From: Eubacterium limosum
Lineage (GTDB): Bacteria > Bacillota > Clostridia > Eubacteriales > Eubacteriaceae
Reading direction: 5' to 3'
DNA: 24,000 nt
NCBI RefSeq assembly: GCF_000807675.2
Contig: NZ_CP019962.1
Span: 3,483,157-3,507,156, forward strand
Positions 7,484-14,859 of the stretch are shown one piece after another (the first letter of the stretch is position 1; every line of letters starts with the position of its first letter). Below the pieces are notes generated by a model. That model was not told the origin of the DNA. It was given only the letters and a program-made list of their open reading frames with translations, and did no database searches. The position numbers were made by a program, and so were the translations under genes.

Positions 7484-7574
7484 AAAAAGTTTAAAAAAAT
7501 GAATATTGTGTAAATACGTCTCGGGCATTATGATTAAAGTGCAAAGGCGCTACCGGAAAAAAGGAGGTGGAACA

Positions 7575-9650
7575 ATGAAAGTGAATCAAAGACTGCTTGA
7601 GCTGGTTTATTTTTTTGAAAGTCATCCTCAGACAACAATGAGAGAGATCCAACATCAGCTGAGTCTGTCAGAAAATGCGGTGCGTTATGAAATGGATAAT
7701 CTAAATTACTACCTGTCTGTACTAAAATATCCTGAAATAATTAAGACAAATAATGGTGTTTACCATTCTACAATTGAGGATTTTGAAGGACTTGGTAAAA
7801 AATTGCGGGCGATCTATAAATCTGATCCCCAGGAACGTTTAAACTATTTAATGTTTAAACTTGTCCTTACTGGAAAGATCAATATCCGAAAAGAATCTGA
7901 TTTTCTTGAAGTTTCTAGAAATACAATAAAGTCTGATCTTCGAAAAATCCGACCAATTTTGGAAAAAGAAGGAATTCTCATCGATACTGGCCGTCTGATT
8001 TCTGGGGATGAAAAAATCATACGAAGGTTCATCTCACGCAAATATAAAAGTTCTTATATGGTTCTTTTTTCAGGAATAGGAAAAAAAGAATTGATTAATC
8101 CGGCAGACCATTTGGTGATTGAAGATTTTTCTTTGTTGGATATTGAAAAATTGCTTATGCATATCAATGATCTTGCATCTAATTATCTTTTTACGGGCTT
8201 TTTCGAAGATTTTTTGTTACAAATTCTAGTGAATGTGCATCGAATAAAATATGGATACAGCCTCAAAGCTGTCTCAAGACAAAAAGAGCAACAACGGATT
8301 TCAAAAGAAGAACAACGGCATGTTGAAAAAATCATAGAGCTCTTTGCTGCTCAAATGAACGTTGATATCAATGATGAAGAAAAGCATCAGATGACGACGA
8401 TGCTTGTTAAGTATAGTGATAAATTTTACAATAGTGCGTATCAGAAAAACCTACTGGCTATTAAGATATTTGTATCGAAGTTGGTCACTGCGGTTGGACA
8501 AGATCTCGAGATTAATCTGTCGGAGGATACCATATTATTGGAAGGGCTCTATCAGCATGTTAAGGGAACGATTTATCGTTCAAAAGGTGTTTTTGAAATA
8601 GATCGTCAAACTTATATTCAGGCAACTGAAGCTTATCAGGATTTGATTGAAAGTTTAAATGCACATGTTGGAAAATTATCTCAACCACTGAAGGTTAGTT
8701 ATGATGATGCGGATATCGCCCTTTTTGCAATTCATTTTTTAGGAGCCATCAGACGACATGATGAAGAAAACAGAAAAAACATTGTTGTACTTTTGGTCTG
8801 TCCTTCAGGTTATGGGACATCCGTTCTTTTAAAAAACTTTATGGAAAAAAACTACAATGTAACGATTGTCGCAACTGCATCAATCTATCAGATTTCTGAA
8901 TATTTAACCAATGATGTTGCCGTGGTTATAAGTACAATTAAACTACCTTTTGAAGTAAAAAAAGGTATTGATACTCCAGTTTTGACAATCTCTCCTTTTC
9001 TGACCTTTGAAGACGATAAAAACCTAAAAGAATTTGGAATTATTCAAAGAAAAAATCCTCAAAAAATTCCGATGGAAAAATTAGTAGAGGTCCTGGAAAA
9101 GTATGTTAAAGTTTCGGATTTAAATTGTCTGACTCGTGAGTTAAAACAAAATTTTCCTGGGATCATTGAAGAAGAAAAGTTGGAAAAGAGTTTGTTTGAT
9201 CATTTGACCGAAAATGATATTACCATTATAGATCATATTGAAGACTGGAGTAAAGCGCTTCATCTATGTAGTCAGGTATTAATTGGAAAAAATGTTATTA
9301 ACACAGCTTATTGTGAAGAAATTGAAAATTCAATTCATCTATATGGTGCACACTTTATCTTGCGTAATTCCATGGCAATTCCTCATGCTGGTGAGAAAGC
9401 TGGTGTGTTGGGCTCTGGAATGCACGTATTGTATATTAAGGACGGTGTGATTTTTCCTGATAATCTTAAAGTACGGATGATATTTTTCATTGCATCGAAA
9501 GAAAAAGAGCTCTTAATTAATACAGTAATGCGAATTAATGCTTTTTCAAATGACTTGAATTTTTATGATGTTTTTGATCAAAAGATTAAAGAGGGACGTT
9601 GTTTAGCAGCGTATCTAAAAAACTGGAGAAAGGGGGAGAGGGATGATTAA
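7575..9650 (+). CDS. PRD-domain transcriptional regulator with PTS EIIB-like and EIIA-like domains (MtlR/LicR/ManR-type)
   Basis: I prefer the ATG at 7575 (MKVNQRLLELVYFF...), 8 nt after AAGGAGGTGG (7561-7570), over the track start at 7506. The N-terminus is HTH-like. The central PRD-like region contains conserved His residues. The EIIB-like motif is VVLLVCPSGYGTSVLL (phosphorylatable Cys). The C-terminal EIIA-like motif is AIPHAGEKAGV. Confidence 0.85.
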   Translation: MKVNQRLLELVYFFESHPQTTMREIQHQLSLSENAVRYEMDNLNYYLSVLKYPEIIKTNNGVYHSTIEDFEGLGKKLRAIYKSDPQERLNYLMFKLVLTGKINIRKESDFLEVSRNTIKSDLRKIRPILEKEGILIDTGRLISGDEKIIRRFISRKYKSSYMVLFSGIGKKELINPADHLVIEDFSLLDIEKLLMHINDLASNYLFTGFFEDFLLQILVNVHRIKYGYSLKAVSRQKEQQRISKEEQRHVEKIIELFAAQMNVDINDEEKHQMTTMLVKYSDKFYNSAYQKNLLAIKIFVSKLVTAVGQDLEINLSEDTILLEGLYQHVKGTIYRSKGVFEIDRQTYIQATEAYQDLIESLNAHVGKLSQPLKVSYDDADIALFAIHFLGAIRRHDEENRKNIVVLLVCPSGYGTSVLLKNFMEKNYNVTIVATASIYQISEYLTNDVAVVISTIKLPFEVKKGIDTPVLTISPFLTFEDDKNLKEFGIIQRKNPQKIPMEKLVEVLEKYVKVSDLNCLTRELKQNFPGIIEEEKLEKSLFDHLTENDITIIDHIEDWSKALHLCSQVLIGKNVINTAYCEEIENSIHLYGAHFILRNSMAIPHAGEKAGVLGSGMHVLYIKDGVIFPDNLKVRMIFFIASKEKELLINTVMRINAFSNDLNFYDVFDQKIKEGRCLAAYLKNWRKGERDD

Positions 9651-10098
9651 CGAAGAGTTTGTATATTGTAATGTTGATTTTTCGACATCTGAGGAAATGT
9701 TAACCACAGTTTCAAAAGATCTGTTTATAGCTGGGTTTGTTACAGATATGTATGGAAAAAAAATAATAGAACGTGAAAAAAAGTACCCCACAGGATTGAA
9801 ACTGGATGGCTTAAATATTGCGATATGTCACACGGATCCAGAATATGTACTCAAAAATACCTTATTCTTTGTCAGACCAAAGCACGCAATTAAATTTAAA
9901 AATGCTGAAACACTCGAAGATATTGATGTGGATCTGGTCATTGGACTAGTATTTTCAAGTGGTGAAGAGCATCTGAAAATCTTGTCGTTTTTGGCTGGAC
10001 TTTTATCAGATTCACTGTGTATTCATAAAATCAAGGAAAGCAATACACCAAAACAGTTGGTAATGACGATGAAAGAAATTTTTAGAGAATGTGAGTAG
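9643..10098 (+). CDS. PTS sugar transporter subunit IIA (PTS_EIIA_2, SgcA/GatA/UlaC type)
   Basis: 151 aa. The start overlaps the regulator stop by 8 nt, with a GGGGGAGAGGG RBS. Active-site-like His in LNIAICHTDPEYV. Size and position are typical of stand-alone EIIA-2 proteins. Confidence 0.8.
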   Translation: MINEEFVYCNVDFSTSEEMLTTVSKDLFIAGFVTDMYGKKIIEREKKYPTGLKLDGLNIAICHTDPEYVLKNTLFFVRPKHAIKFKNAETLEDIDVDLVIGLVFSSGEEHLKILSFLAGLLSDSLCIHKIKESNTPKQLVMTMKEIFRECE

Positions 10099-10102
10099 AA
10101 TA

Positions 10103-11215
10103 ATGAAAAAATTAAAAACAATCATTCGAGAATTGACTGATCTGCAAGGCAATGTCGGTTATGAAGACGCGGTAATTCATTCTGTGGCTGATCACTTGGA
10201 AAAGTTTGGAAAGGTAACAATTGATCATCTCGGTAACCTGATCTGTCATCTGACACCAGAAAATGTAGGAAAAAAGAAGGTAATGTTATTTGGGCATACG
10301 GATGAAGTAGGTATGATGGTTAAAGCCATTTCAGACGATGGTTTTGTTTACTGTGAAAAACTTGGTTCATTAAATCCGACATGTCTTGCTGGGCAGAGGG
10401 TTCAGTTGGATGGAGAGTTTGGAAAAGTTAATGGAATCATTGGAGTAAAATCGCACCATTTGTTGACGGAAACAGATAGAAAGGGACAAAAGACAGTTCA
10501 GGAACAATATATAGATATTGGAGCAGTAAGCAAAGAAGATGTACTTGAAGCTGGGGTTCAAGTTGGAACGCCGGTAAGTTTTAAACCGGAATTTATGGAA
10601 CTCCAAAACAATTGTATTGCGAATAAATCGATGGATGATCGGGCAGCTGTTGGAATATTGATTTACCTTGCTGAATGTTTAGATGTCAAAGCATGTAAAG
10701 CAGATATTTATTTGGTCTTCAGCGTTCAAGAAGAATTCAACACTCGAGGAATTATGCCTGCTGTACGGACAATTGACCCTGATATCGTTTTGGGAATTGA
10801 TGTAACACCAGCGACAGATACGCCAGATCTTAAAGGAATGTCGGAAATAGCTTTGGGAAAAGGACCAGCAATAACATACATGAATCACCACAGCCGTGGT
10901 ACTTTGGCAGGGATTGTTCCTAATAAGCGTTTTCTTTCACATTTAGAGGAAATAGCAAAGGATGCAGGAATTTCGTTAAATCGTGAAGTTGCTTGCGGAA
11001 TACTGACCGAGACGGCCTACATCGCGATTGAGAATAGTCGGGTAGTGGTGGCGAATCTTTCTCTACCTACCCGATATACACATAGTCCAGTGGAAGTAAT
11101 TAACCTTGAAGATGCTTTAGGAATAGTGACTATTTTAGAAAGATTTTTAATGGGTGTAGATGAAAAGACCCGTTTTGGAAAAGATGTTGATTTTGAAAGG
11201 AGAGTAAAATCATGA
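10103..11215 (+). CDS. M42 family metallopeptidase-like protein (FrvX/SgcX type)
   Basis: HTDEVGMMV (compare HMDEIGFMV), SMDDRAAV and FSVQEEFNTRG are the M42 metal-binding motifs. The ATG at 10103 gives the family-typical N-terminus MKKLKTIIRELTDLQGNVGYED. The track start, GTG at 10091, is an alternative. Confidence 0.85.
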   Translation: MKKLKTIIRELTDLQGNVGYEDAVIHSVADHLEKFGKVTIDHLGNLICHLTPENVGKKKVMLFGHTDEVGMMVKAISDDGFVYCEKLGSLNPTCLAGQRVQLDGEFGKVNGIIGVKSHHLLTETDRKGQKTVQEQYIDIGAVSKEDVLEAGVQVGTPVSFKPEFMELQNNCIANKSMDDRAAVGILIYLAECLDVKACKADIYLVFSVQEEFNTRGIMPAVRTIDPDIVLGIDVTPATDTPDLKGMSEIALGKGPAITYMNHHSRGTLAGIVPNKRFLSHLEEIAKDAGISLNREVACGILTETAYIAIENSRVVVANLSLPTRYTHSPVEVINLEDALGIVTILERFLMGVDEKTRFGKDVDFERRVKS

Positions 11216-11487
11216 AAAAAGTAATTGTCGCCTGTGGAACAGGTATGGCTACGTCTTCGATCATTTCAGAGAAAGTTCGGGAGATTCTCGACAAAAATGA
11301 TATTCAATATACATTAAGTCAAGTGCAACTGAGTGAACTTGAGATGTACAAAGGAGCGGATCTTTTTATCACATCGATGAAATTGCAGGAGGATTACGGG
11401 CTGCCGGTTGTGGTTGGTACCCCGTTTCTCATTGGAATTGGCGAGGATGAAGCGGCTCAAAAGATTTTGGATATTCTGAAAAATTAA
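11212..11487 (+). CDS. PTS sugar transporter subunit IIB (galactitol/ascorbate type, SgcB/GatB-like)
   Basis: 91 aa. KKVIVACGTGMATSS contains the phosphorylatable Cys of PTS_IIB. AGGAGAG RBS. The start overlaps the upstream stop (ATGA). Confidence 0.85.
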   Translation: MKKVIVACGTGMATSSIISEKVREILDKNDIQYTLSQVQLSELEMYKGADLFITSMKLQEDYGLPVVVGTPFLIGIGEDEAAQKILDILKN

Positions 11488-11507
11488 ACTGTCAGGGGGG
11501 AGAGAGT

Positions 11508-12824
11508 ATGGAAGCAGTTTTTGATTATATTTTATCATTAGGATCGACCGTTTTTGTTCCTATTGTTCTGTTTGTGATCGGATTATTCTTTGGTTTGGGA
11601 TTTTTTCGTTCATTGAAATCGGGCATTACCGTAGGTGTAGGTTTTATTGGATTTAATCTAGCCGTTGGTCTAATTTCAAGTATTTTGTCACCAGCGGTAA
11701 ATTTAATAGTTGAACGTTTTGGGTTCAATTTGACTGTAATTGATCTTGGCTCAGCTGCAGGCGCAGGCGTTGCTTTTTCGACAATGGTTGGCGCATTAAT
11801 CATCCCTTGTGTTTTTCTGTTAAATGTTATCTTACTGGCAATTGGCGCTACAAAGACGATGAATATTGATATTTTCAACTATTCTCATTATGCTTTTACT
11901 GGTGCCGTAGTTAATCTGATAACTGGAAATGTGATTGTAGGGATGGGTGCTGCACTAATTCAAGCGACTTGGTCGTTGCTTTCGGCTGACTATACAGCGA
12001 AGCGTGTTCAAAATGAGATTGGTGTAGAAGGTATATCGATCCCTCAAGGTTATGCTGCAAGTAGTGTACCACTATTTGTGATTTTAGATAAACTTTATTC
12101 AAAGATTCCATTTATTAATAATTCAGAACTTGATATCAAAAAACTCCAAAATAAAGTGGGCTTTATAGGAGATCCAGTAATCATTGGGGCAATCCTTGGT
12201 ATTATTCTAAGCCTACTGGCAGGGTATGGATTTAAAGACAGCGCGAACCTTGTTATGGGCGTCTGTGCGATTATGGTTCTCTTCCCGAGAATGATTAAAA
12301 TTATAGTTGAGGGATTAATGCCTCTTTCTGAAGCAGCCAAAGGATTCTTTGCTAAACATTTTTCTGGTAGGGAAGTGTACATTGGCTTGGATTCAGCTGT
12401 GACGCTTGGTCATCCAACAACAATGATTATAGGAACCCTTATTATTCCTATTACACTGGTCATTGCAACGATTCTTCCAGGCAATAAGGTTCTTCCACTG
12501 GCAGATTTGGCTTTTGCAGCGTTTTATATCTGTATGGCCACCATTATCCATAAGGGAAATATTTTGAAAACATTAATAAGCGGTATTATCAATATGATCG
12601 GTATCTTATATATTGCTACCTGGGTATCTCCTTACTTTACGACATTGGCAGTTCAAGGTGGTGTCTCTGAAGCCGGACAAGAGGTTAGTTCGCTGTGGGC
12701 AGGTAATGTTTTTGATTTTATTATCGCAAATTTAGGATTTTTAGGATACGCCGGTTTAGGAATATTGGTTATTATTACCATCGGATTGATGGTTTTTGTA
12801 AAAAAATATGCAATGAAAGAATAA
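11508..12824 (+). CDS. PTS EIIC permease, galactitol family (GatC/SgcC-like, EIIC-GAT)
   Basis: 438 aa polytopic membrane protein. It appears collinear with E. coli GatC as I recall that sequence (Y.L.LG.TV..PIV, MN.DI.N..H..FTGA, GI.IP.G, LAGY, M.L.PR.IK.I..GL.P...A, IGLD.A..LGH, PGN.VLP..DLA, H.GN..+TLISG). Confidence 0.85.
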   Translation: MEAVFDYILSLGSTVFVPIVLFVIGLFFGLGFFRSLKSGITVGVGFIGFNLAVGLISSILSPAVNLIVERFGFNLTVIDLGSAAGAGVAFSTMVGALIIPCVFLLNVILLAIGATKTMNIDIFNYSHYAFTGAVVNLITGNVIVGMGAALIQATWSLLSADYTAKRVQNEIGVEGISIPQGYAASSVPLFVILDKLYSKIPFINNSELDIKKLQNKVGFIGDPVIIGAILGIILSLLAGYGFKDSANLVMGVCAIMVLFPRMIKIIVEGLMPLSEAAKGFFAKHFSGREVYIGLDSAVTLGHPTTMIIGTLIIPITLVIATILPGNKVLPLADLAFAAFYICMATIIHKGNILKTLISGIINMIGILYIATWVSPYFTTLAVQGGVSEAGQEVSSLWAGNVFDFIIANLGFLGYAGLGILVIITIGLMVFVKKYAMKE

Positions 12825-12848
12825 TATATAATAAAGGAGAAATAAAGA

Positions 12849-13670
12849 ATGACTTGGTTAAAAGATAAATTATTTACAGAAAAAGCGGTAATTGCAATGT
12901 GTCACTTGGATGCACTTCCAGGCGATCCTCATTTTGACAAAGCAGGTGGGATGGAAAAAGTAATCCGTCATGCAAGAGAAGATTTTTTAGCGCTTCAGGA
13001 AGGTGGCGTGGATGCAGTAATGTTTTCAAATGAATTTTCTCTACCATATCTAACTAATGTAAAAACAGAAACCGTTGCGGCTATGGCACGTGTCATCGGA
13101 GAAATTAAACCGTTGATCGAGATTCCGTATGGTGTGAATGTACTTTGGGATGCAAAAAAATCCTTAGATCTGGCTGTGGCAGTTGACGCATGCTTTGTTA
13201 GGGAGATATTTACTGGTGTCTATGGGTCGGATTTTGGTCTGTGGGATACAAATGTTGGGGAGACAATTCGTCACCAACGATATATTGGTGCAGAGAATGT
13301 AAAATTACTGTTCAATATTGTTCCAGAAGCTGCGGCTTATTTGGGTGAACGCGATATTGTATCAATTGCAAAATCAACAGTATTTAACAATCGTCCAGAT
13401 GCATTATGTGTTTCTGGCTTGACCGCGGGGACAGAAACGGACGCAGCAGTGCTAAAACGTGTTAAAGATACAGTTCCTGATACGGTTGTCTTTGCGAATA
13501 CAGGAGTACGTTTGGAAAATGTTCGAGAACAACTTTCTTTAGCCGATGGTGCAGTAGTAGGGACAACCTTTAAAAAAGATGGCATATTTGAAAATCATGT
13601 TGACAAACAGCGAGTTAAAGCGTTCATGGATGAGGTTAAGAAATTTAGAAAAGATGCAAATGTCTGCTGA
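12849..13670 (+). CDS. BtpA/SgcQ family protein
   Basis: 273 aa with an AAGGAGA RBS. The N-terminal VIAMCHLDALPGDPHF matches the BtpA-family I.V.HL.PLPGSP motif. The gene sits directly after the EIIC, as sgcQ neighbours sgcC in E. coli. Confidence 0.75.
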   Translation: MTWLKDKLFTEKAVIAMCHLDALPGDPHFDKAGGMEKVIRHAREDFLALQEGGVDAVMFSNEFSLPYLTNVKTETVAAMARVIGEIKPLIEIPYGVNVLWDAKKSLDLAVAVDACFVREIFTGVYGSDFGLWDTNVGETIRHQRYIGAENVKLLFNIVPEAAAYLGERDIVSIAKSTVFNNRPDALCVSGLTAGTETDAAVLKRVKDTVPDTVVFANTGVRLENVREQLSLADGAVVGTTFKKDGIFENHVDKQRVKAFMDEVKKFRKDANVC

Positions 13671-13673
13671 TAG

Positions 13674-14324
13674 ATGAAGAATCGAAAAAAATATAAATTC
13701 ATTATTGATTTTGATGGTACAATCTCTGTAAATGACAGCACAACAACAATTGCCAGGCATTTTGTACCTGAAATGCAAAAAAAATATGAAGAAAGGCTCC
13801 ATAAAAAAGAGATATCTATTGCTAAATATATTCAAGAATTGCTAGAAGCTTCCAATTTAACAGAAAAAACTTATATCCGTTTTTTAGAACAAAATATTGT
13901 TATTGATCCAACTTTCAAGGACTTTATTAAAGAAGGATATGATTATACCATTGTTAGTGCAGGAGCATTTCAAAATATTTTTTATAGTTTAAAAGCTGCT
14001 AGTATCGATATACCGCCATCAAGAATCCTATCAAATCAAATCCAATTTTTGTCAGGATGTCTAAAATTGCATCCATCAGAGTATCCTCATAAAAATGGGA
14101 TCGATAAGAAAAAAATCATTCAAAACTATCAAAGTTACAATATTCCTGTGATTTTTATTGGAGATGGTATATCTGATTTTGAAGGTGCAGAAGCGGCAGA
14201 TGTTGTTTTAGCAAAACGAGATAAACGACTTGAGAAATACTGTGTCGAACATCAAATTTCGTGTTTTACCTATGAAAATTTTCGAGATATATGTCATATT
14301 CTTGAAAATGAAAAATTGATTTAA
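13674..14324 (+). CDS. HAD-IB family phosphatase (MtnX-like)
   Basis: 216 aa. HAD motif I is FIIDFDGTISVND (DxDGT). Motif IV is IGDGISDFEGAEAADVVLAK. The overall layout resembles B. subtilis MtnX (DFDGTIT.ND ... SGG.DFF ... IGD..TD..AA). Confidence 0.75.
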   Translation: MKNRKKYKFIIDFDGTISVNDSTTTIARHFVPEMQKKYEERLHKKEISIAKYIQELLEASNLTEKTYIRFLEQNIVIDPTFKDFIKEGYDYTIVSAGAFQNIFYSLKAASIDIPPSRILSNQIQFLSGCLKLHPSEYPHKNGIDKKKIIQNYQSYNIPVIFIGDGISDFEGAEAADVVLAKRDKRLEKYCVEHQISCFTYENFRDICHILENEKLI

Positions 14325-14328
14325 AGTT

Positions 14329-14371
14329 AAGGCCACCCTTTGATAGCGTCTCAAAAGGTGGCCTTTTTCTG
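14329..14371 (+). terminator. Rho-independent terminator ending the PTS operon
   Basis: AAGGCCACCCTTTGA (14329-14343) pairs with TCAAAAGGTGGCCTT (14351-14365) with one mismatch, followed by TTTTCT. Confidence 0.85.
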
Positions 14372-14448
14372 TGTAGGGAAGTGATTTATTGCTCTTATGG
14401 TCTAGATCTGAGAATAGATCGTCTTAGGGCAAAAGGAGGAAAATTTAT

Positions 14449-14742
14449 TTGAATATCATTATAACTGTGCTCATAGCAATCGGAATTTTTATCTTGTCCA
14501 GTCTGATTGGAACCTGTGTCGTACTGTATGTTAACGTCCGATATGAAATGAAAATAGACCATACCTTAAAGTTTAGTCTGGCAGTGATCGTTTTTTTATT
14601 GATCTGTTTGATTTTAGGGCTTTTCGGTATGCTCACTGCATTTGGGACAATGCCAAGTTTTTACTATGGCATTGTCCTTTTTGGTTTTTTGGCCGGTTTA
14701 AGCTGCATGTCCCTGATGTCCGCAGCTTCCCGGCAAGAATAG
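14449..14742 (+). CDS. Hypothetical small membrane protein (97 aa, about 3 TM helices)
   Basis: TTG start 9 nt after GGAGG (14435-14439). Three long hydrophobic stretches. No family recognised. Confidence 0.5.
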   Translation: MNIIITVLIAIGIFILSSLIGTCVVLYVNVRYEMKIDHTLKFSLAVIVFLLICLILGLFGMLTAFGTMPSFYYGIVLFGFLAGLSCMSLMSAASRQE

Positions 14743-14859
14743 ATCCATTACACCGGAGGTGAAAGAAGATGATCAAAAGAAGCCCCAACAAGATCAGAGC
14801 ACCAACCTGACAGCAATCCTATTGCTAAAATTGAAAAATTAAAGAGAGGAAGAAAAAGT

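Noticed and set aside
7506-7574. Track start codon at 7506 for the PRD regulator (N-terminus MCKYVSGIMIKVQRRYRKKGGGT)
   Set aside because: The ATG at 7575 is preceded at ideal spacing by AAGGAGGTGG, which would itself be translated under the longer model. The extension also has no family-like sequence.
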